Assembly: GCA_051453625.1 (NCBI GenBank)
Contig: JBOZIK010000001.1
Span: 32,624,562-32,688,561, forward strand
Direction: 5' to 3'
DNA length: 64,000 bases
Source of the DNA: Welwitschia mirabilis
Lineage: Eukaryota
Part shown: positions 1 through 13,140 of the stretch, piece by piece
How the letters are laid out: each line of letters opens with the position of its first letter
Numbering within the stretch: position 1 is the stretch's first letter
Program-made: the position numbers and the translations under genes
The notes under the pieces: generated by a model
Database searches by the model: none
What the model was told of the DNA's origin: nothing
The model's input: only the letters and a program-made list of their open reading frames with translations

Positions 1-1045
1 TGCATTTCTAGTGGCCTACATTTAAGTTGGAAATATATTTTAACTTTAGTAGAAAGTTGAATTGTTTTAAGTCACCATATCTCAAAATAGGAGATTAGGA
101 TAGACACTTTAAAAGTTGGTATTATTAAAAAACCTAAATCCCTCTACTAATGTAAAACATATTAGATCTTTTCTTGGTCATATCTATAAACCCCTTCACT
201 TATTACTAGAGAAAGAAGCTAAATTTAAATGAAATAAATCTTCTCAGCTTTTCTTTGATAGGATTAAAGATAAACTTTCTGATGCTCCTATAGTAATGGC
301 ATCTGATTAGGTAAAAAACTTTGAATTAATGTATGATGTGAATNNNNNNNNNNNNNNNNNNNNNNNNNNNNNNNNNNNNNNNNNNNNNNNNNNNNNNNNN
401 NNNNNNNNNNNNNNNNNNNNNNNNNNNNNNNNNNNNNNNNNNNNNNNNNNNNNNNNNNNNNNNNNNNNNNNNNNNNNNNNNNNNNNNNNNNNNNNNNNNN
501 NNNNNNNNNNNNNNNNNNNNNNNNNNNNNNNNNNNNNNNNNNNNNNNNNNNNNNNNNNNNNNNNNNNNNNNNNNNNNNNNNNNNNNNNNNNNNNNNNNNN
601 NNNNNNNNNNNNNNNNNNNNNNNNNNNNNNNNNNNNNNNNNNNNNNNNNNNNNNNNNNNNNNNNNNNNNNNNNNNNNNNNNNNNNNNNNNTCTTCTCAGC
701 TTGTCTTTGATAGGATTAAAGATAAACTTTTTGATGCTCCTATAGTAATGGCATCTGATTAGGTAAAAAACTTTGAATTAATGTGTGATGTAAATAATTT
801 TACCATGGGTGGGGTACTTTGTTAAAAATATGGAAATGATTTTAAAGTTATATCTTACCATCGAAAATATCTATCTAGAGCTCAAATGAATTATATCACT
901 ACACAGAAAGAAATGCTAGCCATTATCTTTTGTCTTGATTAACTTAGACATTATCTTTTAGGCTNNNNNNNNNNTTAATTGATTAAATGGATCCTTCTCA
1001 TACAGATGTTTAATTAACCATCATAGATAAAGTAGGGAAGCACCA
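1..1045 (+). mobile_element. Degenerate Ty3/gypsy (Athila-like) RT C-terminus and RNase H
   Basis: Translates to IRSFLGH, LLLEKEAKF, FELMCDV, and AQMNYITTQKEMLAIIFCLD*LRHYLLG, resembling Athila RNase H (FELMCDAS...AQVNYATTEKELLAVVFA). Contains stops. Confidence 0.85.
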
Positions 1046-1649
1046 AATCTCTAAAAAATATGAGTTAAAAAAAAAAACAGTTTGGGCATCATTCAAAGAA
1101 GTAGGAATGGCTTCAACTCATTTAGTCACATAATTTACAGCCACTGAAATGTAATGTTTATAAAAAAAAGGTAAATACAAAGGGCCTATAAAATTAATAC
1201 CTCAATAATCAAAAGGTTCACACTCAACAATAGGTTTAGGGATCATTTCTTAAGAAGGAACAAGGATACCATAATGTTGACAAGGATAACATCTTCTAGT
1301 AAAATCAAAGGAATTTTGAAAAAGAGTAGGCCAATAAAAATTAGAATTGAGAACTTTTANNNNNNNNNTATGTTCACTAAAGTGTCCTTCATAAATACCT
1401 CTATAACAAAGATGAAGGGTTTTAGGTATTTTTCCAATTAGGTAAACATTTTCTTATAATTTGGTCTTTGCACCTACAGTATAGATGTGGCTCTATCAAT
1501 TCATAGTCCCTTATTCTATAAAGAAAAAATTTACATTAATTATAGATCCAATGTTATGGTGTTTTCATGGTTACAAGGTAATTAACAATATCCGCATATC
1601 AAGTATGAGGATGAGTACAAGATATACCAAAAAATTGCTCATCCAAAAA

Positions 1650-4600
1650 AGCATCATCCAAAAAAGCATATGGTGTTATATGGGATATACCGGCAGATCT
1701 CACTACAAATAGACAGAGGATACTTGTCACTCAGCAAATCCCTACATATAGAGTTTTACACAGAGGGCTGATCCATAACATTAGCACATCCTTGCATAAT
1801 AGTTACATGATGGTAGCACATTTATAGATTCTGGTAGCATTTAGATAAGATTAGTAGATATGTCTCCCTACATTTATTTAGAGGAGATTCAAATATATGG
1901 TTGAGGCATGTTAGCTTCAGACTCTTGGTTACCTGTACCTCCTCTCAGCACTTTTTAAATGGTTTGAAATACCAGAGCCCATGGGCGAGCAGCGCTTATC
2001 GCACATTTAAACTTTAGTTTGCTATTTGCAAGATATGGGCATACAAGTTTTAAGAGAGGTAAAGAGACCTCAGGTACAGAGACTTACAGTTAGGGCTACA
2101 TTCAATCAGATACAAGTCCTCTTAGTAGATATTACCAAGACCATCAAAGATTTCATAGATAAAGGTATTCAGACACTTGACTAGAGGATTCAGGATCTTA
2201 ACCAGTGGACACAGGTACTTGATCAGAGAACATAGAAATTAGAGTAGAGGGTCCTGTCTATTGAGAGGAGAGTTCAGCACTCTGAGGACCAAATTGTTGA
2301 CATGCATCAATTTGTTGTTTCTACCTAGCAGAGTGTGACAGTTGACTTACCAAAGGCTTTACATGTCTAGGGTAATGAGACAGTTTGTTCTATCTCTACA
2401 TCTTTTGACCTATGTTTTCCTACTGATCTTGACCATTCTCCTTCTTCTCCCCTTGTACCTGAGTTAGTTGTTAAGCCTAAATTCATTATGCATCGACGAG
2501 GGAAGTGATTTTGTCTTATTTTGTTATCTTTCCCTCTATGTATTTTTTGCATTAAATCTTTCTAATTTTTTATAGACATATAAATTTTGTTTTAGCATGT
2601 TGTACTGATTTTTATCTAATTTTCATGACTATCCTTAAATTTTCACATGTTATGATAAGGATTAATTTTATTTGGGCAATCTTTTTATTTCATTACTATT
2701 TGATTCAATGGGGGGCTTTCTTATTACATTTACTGATTATCTGTATAGATAAAAATTCTTTTATAGGTTCCTGATTTCAAAGATCTTTTTTGAGCCTGTC
2801 ATCCCTCCTATCGTCTGGACGACTACCAGAATGACTGTCTGGCTGATCTTCAAGTAGGTAAAATGTTTAGTTTTTCTTATTTCTCATGATCCAGTTTGTA
2901 TCTCTGAGATTTTTAAAAAATTTTCTGAGATAATTTCCTTAAGTATCCTAGTTGTTTTATTGTTTAACAAGTTGTCTCGTAAACATGGTTTATTTCCTAG
3001 TTTTATCAAGGACTGAGAAGGCTAAGTGGGGAGCTATGTTGGGTTGTNNNNNNNNNNNNNNNNNNNNNNNCTAAGAGAGGTAAAGAGACCTCAGGTACAG
3101 AGACTTACAGTTAGGGCTACACTCAATCAGATACAAGTCCTCTTAGTAGATATCACCAAGACCATCAAAGATTTCATAGATAAAGGTATTCAGACACTTG
3201 ACTAGAGGATCCAGGCTCTTAACCAGTGGACACAGGTACTTGATCAGAGAACATAGAAATTAGAGTAAAGGGTCCTATCTATTGAGAGGAGAGTTCAACA
3301 CTCTGAGGACCAAATTATTGACATGCATCAATTTGTTGTTTCTACCTAGCAGAGTGTGACAATTGACTTACCAAAGGCTTTACATGTCTAGGGTAANNNN
3401 NNNNNNNNNNNNNNNNNNNNNNNNNNNNNNNNNNNNNNNNNNNNNNNNNNNNNNNNNNNNNNNNNNNNNNNNNNNNNNNNNNNNNNNNNNNNNNNNNNNN
3501 NNNNNNNNNNNNNNNNNNNNNNNNNNNNNNNNNNNNNNNNNNNNNNNNNNNNNNNNNNNNNNNNNNNNNNNNNNNNNNNNNNNNNNNNNNNNNNNNNNNN
3601 NNNNNNNNNNNNNNNNNNNNNNNNNNNNNNNNNNNNNNNNNNNNNNNNNNNNNNNNNNNNNNNNNNNNNNNNNNNNNNNNNNNNNNNNNNNNNNNNNNNN
3701 NNNNNNNNNNNNNNNNNNNNNNNNNNNNNNNNNNNNNNNNNNNNNNNNNNNNNNNNNNNNNNNNNNNNNNNNNNNNNNNNNNNNNNNNNNNNNNNNNNNN
3801 NNNNNNNNNNNNNNNNNNNNNNNNNNNNNNNNNNNNNNNNNNNNNNNNNNNNNNNNNNNNNNNNNNNNNNNNNNNNNNNNNNNNNNNNNNNNNNNNNNNN
3901 NNNNNNNNNNNNNNNNNNNNNNNNNNNNNNNNNNNNNNNNNNNNNNNNNNNNNNNNNNNNNNNNNNNNNNNNNNNNNNNNNNNNNNNNNNNNNNNNNNNN
4001 NNNNNNNNATTCATTTCCTGGTTTTATCAAGGACTGAGAAGGCTAAGCGGGGAGCTATGTTGTGTTGTCAACTTATGCATATTTGATAGGGTATTTCAAA
4101 TGCTTTGTAGAATAATAGACAGGTATATGCTCGATTTCCATGATAATGGAGAGCTAAAATGAAAGAGATAAAAACACGCAATCTCCATGACATTTTGCAG
4201 CATTTAGAGCAATTCTTAATGCTTCTCATTTCTGAGACAAACTTCTTGTAAAAAATTGAGGTTGATGCATTAGATGAACACTTGTAAAAGCCCATCATCT
4301 AGCTCATCGTCCAGATGATAGTACAGACGACAAAATAGTTAGTGCTAATAAGGATGTTAACTATAATCAAATCTGGCAATGACATGGATCATTTATAAGG
4401 TAGCACCGTCTTTTATATCATTCAGATGACTAGAAGGATGACACCATTATAACGTCTCACTAGACATTCATCTAACTTCTGCCACTTGTTTGTCTATTTC
4501 TTTTGGCGTGGCCATTAGGATTTCACCCACACCTGTNNNNNNNNNNNNNNNNNNNNNNNNNNNNNNNNNNNNNNNNNNNNNNNNNNNNNNNNNNNNNNNN

Positions 4601-5908
4601 NNNNNNNNNNNNNNNNNNNNNNNNNNNNNNNNNNNNNNNNNNNNNNNNNNNNNNNNNNNNNNNNNNNNNNNNNNNNNNNNNNNNNNNNNNNNNNNNNNNN
4701 NNNNNNNNNNNNNNNNNNNNNNNNNNNNNNNNNNNNNNNNNNNNNNNNNNNNNNNNNNNNNNNNNNNNNNNNNNNNNNNNNNNNNNNNNNNNNNNNNNNN
4801 NNNNNNNNNNNNNNNNNNNNNNNNNNNNNNNNNNNNNNNNNNNNNNNNNNNNNNNNNNNNNNNNNNNNNNNNNNNNNNNNNNNNNNNNNNNNNNNNNNNN
4901 NNNNNNNNNNNNNNNNNNNNNNNNNNNNNNNNNNNNNNNNNNNNNNNNNNNNNNNNNNNNNNNNNNNNNNNNNNNNNNNNNNNNNNNNNNNNNNNNNNNN
5001 NNNNNNNNNNNNNNNNNNNNNNNNNNNNNNNNNNNNNNNNNNNNNNNNNNNNNNNNNNNNNNNNNNNNNNNNNNNNNNNNNNNNNNNNNNNNNNNNNNNN
5101 NNNNNNNNNNNNNNNNNNNNNNNNNNNNNNNNNNNNNNNNNNNNNNNNNNNNNNNNNNNNNNNNNNNNNNNNNNNNNNNNNNNNNNNNNNNNNNNNNNNN
5201 NNNNNNNNNNNNNNNNNNNNNNNNNNNNNNNNNNNNNNNNNNNNNNNNNNNNNNNNNNNNNNNNNNNNNNNNNNNACTAGACAGTCATCTAACTTCTGCC
5301 ACTTGTCTGTCTATTTCTTTTGGCGTGGCCATTAGAATTTCACCCACGCTTGTCTATCTGTTTTGTTGTACATTTTGTGTTAATAAATATTGCTCTTGTC
5401 CTTGACTCTTGCTAGTCTTCATTTGCACTGAAAATTCTCATAACATAAGATCAAAGGGTTAGAGATCCATGCTTGTAGTTGCAGAGAGGCGTCTTCCTTT
5501 CTATTGGGCTACGCTTTCTCCATTAAGGTGCAGCTACTTTGTAACACAGATGTGGTTCACTTAATACAAAACACTTCTTTTCTAATTCCTATGTGTGTTT
5601 ATTCTTAAGCCTTATAGCTTATGTTGCTTCTAATCCCATAACAGTTTCTTGAGTGATATAGGTTATGAGGGAAACCTTTGTCAAGGTTATGCATTGTTAT
5701 TGTCAACTCCTAGATTAGTTTTACACAAATGTATTGCATTGTACTTTTCATGCATTGCAATTTATTTCAGTAGTTATGGAAATCAACTCTCTTACTCTAG
5801 ACTAGGCCTTTGACGGATTGTGACATTTGGGTCAACTCCCATCTATATTAGTGTGTTGTGTTTGTGCATATATTTGTGATTGATAGGATTTGACTAAGTA
5901 TGTAACAT
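1650..5908 (+). mobile_element. Probable 3' internal region, PPT and 3' LTR of an LTR retrotransposon
   Basis: Purine-rich PPT-like aaggactgagaaggctaag(t/c)ggggagc followed by TGTTG at about 3009-3047 and 4030-4068. A decayed, relatively GC-rich ORF-like stretch lies at 1700-2370. The right boundary is a guess. Confidence 0.45.
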
Positions 5909-5949
5909 TGCATAAATACGCACTGCAACCAAATTCTATAAAGTAAATA

Positions 5950-7815
5950 ACATTTTCTTATTTAGACCTCTTACTTCTTTAATAATGATGTCGCTTAAAA
6001 TATGTTGGACCCATTACCATTACATCAAAAGCCATAACTCAGGTGGAAACTAAAATCCTTCATATTTATCTACTTCTTGGGCTAGGCATGAAAAGCACGT
6101 ACAAGATAAATCTACTTATGACATTGTGCATGCCTTGTTTTATTTATCTCATCTTTCAATCATAACCTCTAGAATAGTTCCAAAAAGCTTGATATAATAT
6201 TATTAATCATAATTAACATATAGTTGTTTAGATCATTTATGTCTTCTTTTCTAAAGTGCATAACTGCCTTATTAATCATATGATTTCTTTTCTGACGTAA
6301 CTTGCATTGATCATTTTAGTTTTTCTAGATTGCATCCCATACTAATGGTCTCCCAACTTAAGCACTTGTTCATATAAATTGTTTGCATCAATGGCTCCAC
6401 CTATTGCTAGTATTTGAATATTGTGCATTATGTCATCAAAAGAAATGATATCATCATTATGGAGCCTCTTAATCTCTTCATTACCTTCAAATAAAACTTG
6501 ATACAAGTTTTAAATCATTTTAAAATAAAATGCATGTNNNNNNNNNNNNNNNNNNNNNNCAAAATGATAAAAATTCTTGGTTCATTTTTTATCATCTGAA
6601 GTAAACTTGCTTGTCTTTGATTAATAAATTGTTTGTTTATAGTATGAATTAGATTTCTATATGCTTTAATTAACTCTATTAATTTTTGAGTCTTTACTAT
6701 AACTCTAGCTATTACATTCTTCATTTAATTACTATTGACCTTTTGCATTTTGTCTTTTAGAAATATGAGTAGCTGCTACAACTAGAATTTCTATAAGACT
6801 TATATTCAAATTCCATTTCTTTTGAATTTCACCTTAAAAATCTTACTTTGGTTTTTCTATTATTTTTAAAAGATGTGGTCTTCAAGGATGTCTAATATGC
6901 TATGCCTCTCTTAATACCATGAAAGTACTAGAGGTGATGGCAAAATTCAACTTCTACACATACCTCCAAACATGTAATTTTGTGAACATTCTTAGGATGA
7001 GAAATTAGAAAATCAATGCTAGAGAAGCCTTGAGATCCTATAAAAGTACAGTTATGAGATTCTAGAAATTTATGTATGTGATTTAAAGCAAGTAGGTCTA
7101 GTTGTTATCTCTATTTTAACAAATTCTTCCCCTACTGATTAAGTTGTTAATCTTAAGAGGATTTATTCCATTCCATATCCTTTCACATTTTAAAGAACCT
7201 TACGGGTGTTAACAACTAATAAGAATATGTTCAAAACAAATCCTAGCATTAAAATCACTATAGCTATAAATTTCTCCTCTCTAAGCAAAAGTAGCAATAT
7301 CTATACCAAGGATTAGAAAGGTAAATCCTATAATAGATCTTTTCATTCATATGATGTGGCATCTTTTAAGGCAAAGTAAATGACCATATTCATCTACCTT
7401 TTCTATTTAGATTTGCTACTGAAGAGGATTATGAATTAAAATAGCCAAACTTCCATATGATTTCTCTCAATCTTCTTTTCTTTTAAGTGGAAATGCAAAA
7501 ATAAGAAAATCCTGAAACATGCATAAAGAGTCTTCAACTTTCCAAGTTTTTGCACTACCAAAAATTTTGTACCTATCAAAGAAATGAAATTTTTAGAAGA
7601 CTGATAACTTTATTTCCTATAAACTTGTCATTTTCTAGTAATCTTTAAAATACCTACACTATGAGGTTATGTCTCCTGTCATGTCAAATACTTAACTATA
7701 CATCTTGATCCTATTTACTATAAACTTGTCATTCTCTAGTAATCTTTAAAATACTTACATTATGAGGTCAGTACTCCAGACATGCAAGATACTTAACTAT
7801 ACATCTTCATCCTAG
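5950..7815 (-). mobile_element. Copia (Sirevirus-like) gag remnant with PBS and adjacent LTR
   Basis: Decayed tRNA-Met PBS (ctcttaatacca, 6908-6919) followed by tgaaag..ctagagg, which resembles a SIRE LTR end. Faint gag-like motifs at 6000-6780. Boundaries are approximate. Confidence 0.45.
7618..7814. repeat. Two-copy ~101 bp imperfect tandem repeat
   Basis: tataaacttgtcatt.tctagtaatctttaaaatac...tacttaactatacatctt.atccta appears twice. Confidence 0.85.
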
Positions 7816-9399
7816 CCTAAGATACAATAGATCATGTTAATGTTTATTAAATAAAATGATTGAAGTGCATTAAAAAATGGAAAAATCTTAAAATTTAAAT
7901 GACTAAGATTTGATTATTAAATTATACAATGTAGTTGTATTAAATAAAATAGAGTTACAACACGTTTGATTAATAATTTAAATAAAATATGATAAACTAT
8001 ATTAAAATTAAAAAACATGATATTTAATATCAGGGATTATGCACAGAATGAAGCTATATTTTATAGCAATTTAGTTAGTGAGGTCATAACTAAAGGGTAA
8101 ATCTTTGTAAAGGTAGGCTTGGTAATTAATAAATGGTAAAACCCTAATGAGGAAACCTTAAACTTGGATGTATAAATACAAATTTTATGTCAATGAAAAA
8201 GTTTTAATGTTGTTATCCTTTGTAGGTTTACTAAATACATTAATATAACTAACATGGTACCAAACGTACAATAGACCTTGTATAACAACAAAGTAAAATG
8301 TTTTAGAGATTGGCAACAATTGTTCTAAATTTTGAGGTTCAGCATTTTAGGTCTAGGGCCTTGACAACATTTTGGTTAAGCACATGCTCATAGAACTAAG
8401 ATAGAAAAACCAGGACATGCTTATGGAAATAAATCATTGGTTAAGCACTCTAAAAGACTAACATTGAACATATAAATCCTTTTTACAAGCCCAGACATGA
8501 TAGAAGGACCATCTTGTTAAAGGTTGAACCAAGTAAACCACCTATCATTCTTATCAACCATTCCTTCCTTAGCATCACACAGACCAAAATCTTGTTTGAA
8601 AAGTATCAATTGAATCAATCATAGACCAAAAAGATGATTCAGTCTTCTACCAATCTTGTCATGTGTGTTCTCCACCTTGTTGAAATTGTCATTAAAAAGC
8701 CAAGTCAAGGGTGGTAAATCTTATGTAAGTTGACTTCACATTTAAAACCATTCTTCTATATTGGAAAGGGCTTATATATTTAAAAATGTTGGCCATGTAA
8801 TAGGAAGAAAGGCCAAATAAAATGTCCTAACTAATGAGTGTGTCTCTTAAAAAATAATAATAATAATAAGTTAAAGAGGAATGAGTAAGTAAAACATGAT
8901 GACCAAATCCCTTGAACTTCTTGCAAAAAAGGAAGTCAAATTCTAAGAGCAAACTCCTATTTACTAGTGCACACTCTACTTAGATTTTAAGACTATATGA
9001 ACATTAATTAACATGTAATTATCTAACATGCTACAGAATTTTGTTTTTTTCTGCTTGGTAAGCAATTAGTTTCCTTTGAGGAGGGCTTGTCTTGAACATA
9101 TCTCATAATGGCTTAATGCCTAAAAGTTGTGTTGGATGCCTTGAGTGGAAGAGACTACCACAACATACTACCTCTCACTAATTTGTAGACTAAGTAGCCT
9201 CTACCTTGTGGTGGAGGATCGCAATTATTGGCCTTAAATACCTACTTTGTAAACCTTTGAGGCCTGCTACGTTGTGGGGGATGCTTAAGCTAGGTTATCT
9301 TATTGAGATTGTATGTCTTTCTGGATCCACATGATGGTAGCCTAACTTTTTTAAGAAACTCATGGCTTGCTTACTGAGACATGTTCTTTGAGAGATGAT

Positions 9400-9950
9400 G
9401 TCTTCTTGTTTTGTTTCTTTTCCATTTTGGCTAGCAGTTTAGGGTAGCTTTCCCTAAAATGTCCTTGTTGAAAATGCTAGAAAGAAGTATTAGGTACACT
9501 AAACTAAGCTCAGTGAATTCGACTAGAGATTTACTAGGGTCAATATTCATGGCAACCCCATAGGAATCACAAGCAATAAAGCTAGACATGGCTTCCATGC
9601 AATGTGTGCATCCTAGCAAATCTTCAAGTTTCTCTATTGGATAGTTAATCCAAAAAAGGAAGATCTAGAAATTTAGTACAAATAAGCATTATTTTTCTGT
9701 ATGTAATTGTAGATTCAAAGTTTCCCCTCTAATGGAAAAGGGACAAGATAGGGTCCATTCACATTCCACATGAGTTTCAGAGAAATTTGAGGAACATGTA
9801 GAGAAGGTTCAAATGACACGAGGAAAAGGCCACATTTAAGGGTTTGATTAAGGTCACATTTGACACAATAGGACTCCCAAGCAAGCAAAATTTATTCCTA
9901 TAGACATCTTAGCAATATGACCAACCAACCCAGCAATGGCAAACCTAGCT
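9400..9950 (-). mobile_element. Degenerate L1 LINE ORF1 fragment (DUF4283/zf-CCHC_4-like)
   Basis: Minus-strand WNVNGPYLVPF, FWINYP and MNIDPSKSLVEF resemble the plant L1 ORF1 motifs W..NG..L, VWIRLP and EIDLSKPL, and occur in the right order. Confidence 0.4.
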
Positions 9951-9996
9951 CAAAATTTTGTTACTTTTTTCAAAGTTCACTATGAAAGAGAAACAA

Positions 9997-10058
9997 GAGG
10001 TATCTTCTTATTGTCTTTGGCCACTAGAGGTATCTTCTTATTGTCTTTGGCCACTAGC
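9997..10058. repeat. Perfect 30-bp tandem duplication
   Basis: agaggtatcttcttattgtctttggccact x2. Confidence 0.9.
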
Positions 10059-10341
10059 TTGGACATGTGCTTCTAAGGCATTGTCAACAAGGCCATGAGC
10101 ACATAATCAGTAAGAAATCCATGTTCTTTGTAAAGAGTGAAATAGAAAAGTCAGACAACCTCAAGTCCATATTGGAGGATCTGTTTTCACAGTGGTTGGG
10201 TGGGAAAATCCCTAGGGTTGGTCATGTGCAATTGAATTTAAGGGACACACAAAATGAGGCAAGGGAAGCAAAAGCAAAATGGTGCTCTAGAGCACACACA
10301 GTACTCGAAAGCTAGCATGCAAATAATCATCAAAGATATTT

Positions 10342-10424
10342 TATTTGTTAAGGGAATAAGTTTGATCAGTTGCCTAATTGATTATTTGTTAAGGGAATAA
10401 GTCTTGTCAGTTGCCTAATTGATT
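10342..10424. repeat. ~41-bp imperfect tandem duplication
   Basis: tatttgttaagggaataagt....tcagttgcctaattgatt x2. Confidence 0.85.
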
Positions 10425-13086
10425 TAGGCATTTAATTAGCTGTCCAATTGATTTGGCACTATGAGTTTTTTTAATTCAATTTAAAAGCATATATACTTAT
10501 GATGGAAAATTATTCATAAACAACCTTCTCTTTGTTAATCTCACATAAAACGCCCACAACACTAAGAGCTTTAAAATGAATTGTGACACCATCTTTTTAG
10601 ATTAAATTGGAACTAACACTTATACTTACCTGCGTTGTGTGTACTATGTTATAGACCCTACAACTGTTTATTTAAACTCAAAAGTGCTGGTTTCTTTAAT
10701 ACCCATTTCTGAAATATCTTTTTTATACTTGAGTTTGTGATGGCTAATTCTATATCAACAAGTTAGATTCAAATTAAAATTTTTCATTAAGTTTTACTAT
10801 TCTTTAACATGAGTGAATCTAAATTTATTCTAACTGGTAATTGGTTTTTTCATTGGATTTGACAGAGGTAACTTGAGCTAGCTCCATTTAGCATAATACT
10901 TCATAGTACACTTAGGGTTGTCCATCAATGTGTATCATGAAACAATTCTTGACAAACAAACAAGATTGGCTGTGAGAGAACAAACAACTGAATTTCAATT
11001 CATTGTGAAAACATTTAGATTTTTACTCGTCTTCACAAAAGCACATTCACAGCTAACTGCAAACGTCAACAACGTGCTGGCATGGTTTATCAAAGTACTG
11101 ATCATTACTACTACAACAATCAATAAAGCGACCCTTACTGTACAAATACACCTGTGGCAAGAACACGTTCTTTAATGGGAAAGCTATGAATTATGAAGAC
11201 TATAACAAAGACTCATAATTCACAAAAACAAAATCCACCCTTCAAAACTGCTCTCCCTAAGGGAGCTCGAGGTGACTATGTTATAAGGTCATAGAAGCAA
11301 CACATTGTCTAGATTAATAAAGGACATCAAGGTAAGATTGAACAATACGTGGATGCAGAATTGCATGCATTTAACTGTAGTTAAATATTTTAACTTCAAT
11401 TATTGTATTTAACAATTAAACTGGATTCTTAACCTGGAACAAAAGACGTTCTATAACAACAAATTCTAAAATTGTGGTAGCAATAAGTTTTGTTGCATAG
11501 ATCACACACATTCACAAACAAAAAAGTAAAAAAAACTCGCTCAACAATTACATTCTTGCTTAAACAACTTGCAAAATACAAAAAAAATTTGAAGTCTAAA
11601 ATACTTTCCAGTGGCAATGCCGCTGTAAACAAAAACAAAAAAACTGTATGCACCAACCTGTGTTTTTCACGACATTGTGGATATGTTATTCACAAGTCAA
11701 CCACCGTGGTTAACCTTGGATTCACATCCACTTATCCTTTAACCTTACCAATGTCAAAGAAGAAATGGTGATAGGAGGTCCCTGGGACTAGGTAATGTGG
11801 TTTTGTTTCTCTTTTCTACTGGCGTATCCTCAAATTTTCCCAGATGGCTTCCATCATCCTGTATCTTCTGCATGGATGTTTTCAGCATGTGATTTCCCTA
11901 AAGTGCCAAACCAGTAGTAATCCCTCCAGCTCAAAACAAGAATTTTGTTTTTTTTTTTTTTCCTCTCGTACTTTTCTTGATGGTAACCCCCTGTATATAG
12001 TCTTCTTGGACCTTGTTCAAACCTCAAAATAAATTAACATATTTTAGTCTACTTGTAGCAAAAATGTTAAACCAGATAGCCATTTTATGAAGCACATAAT
12101 TGTGTCAAATACTGCTAAATTAGTGTGTTAACTCTTCAAAGTTGTCATAAGTTTGATAACTTTGATCTGGGTATGATAGAGAAGGAAGTGTCACAATAAT
12201 AAATATATTGCACCAAGAACAAACAGCTGTGCACTGGAATGCTACCTCAAGAACTATTGAAAACCTAAAGTTGAACACCATACTCCGATTTTAAGTAGAT
12301 GATTGTACAGAATGATGCTCAAAAAGAAATGGTCAGATCATAAACAAAGGCAGTAATCATATAAGCCTCTTCTATATTGATCATGGTTCATGCAATCACC
12401 CAAACTCTTTCATATGACACTAGTAAGAAACTTTGTAAACTCAAGAAGATGAATAGATTCATGAGCTAATAACAGTAAGCATAAAAATTATCTACTGACA
12501 TTGTTGAAAAACAAATTTAACATAAGAATAGAACTGTGCAACTCTCTAACATTCAATTCTTGCCCTTGAAAGAGATCTGTCAATGTTTGTATAATATCAG
12601 AGAGGCTTTGAAGATTCGTTATTCATTTGGTTAAGAATCAATTTTCTTATGCAAATACATTACATGTAAAGTGTATTATGTACAGAGCCTAGTTACAAAA
12701 CAATTCTTCAGACCATGAAAATTCACCAGAGATGAATTTCACTACAATTTCGGTCTGGTCAATAATTTTACAATTTTAGTGTTACAGCTATCAGCAAGGG
12801 AAGGGAACAGTATGCACCACATGTTCCCACTGTGATCCTGCTCACAAGAATATAACAACACAACTCAAAGAGAGATGCAACACGTTGATGACTGTGAAAT
12901 GAACCTGATCCTGTAATATCTAGGCTTTCCAAGGCAATGATTATTTCCAAAATGGTCTACATGTCATGTAATATGCAGCGTTTTGGAGCCACTTACTAAA
13001 CAAATGTTTTCAAGCTCCCTGTCCATCTTCATCAAGGAAGCAGGGCACCAAATGATAGACCAGTGAAGGAGTAGAAATGCATCCTA

Positions 13087-13140
13087 TTATCGAATAAAGG
13101 CTCTACCTGAAGACCACATTCCTGTGTCACGCATTGTGCT
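13087..13140 (-). CDS. CCS52: CCS52 exon 10 (IR tail)
   Basis: [17 protein letters not shown] then TAA TAG; acceptor GCCAG. Confidence 0.93.
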   Translation of the reverse strand, partial: STMRDTGMWSSGRAFIR

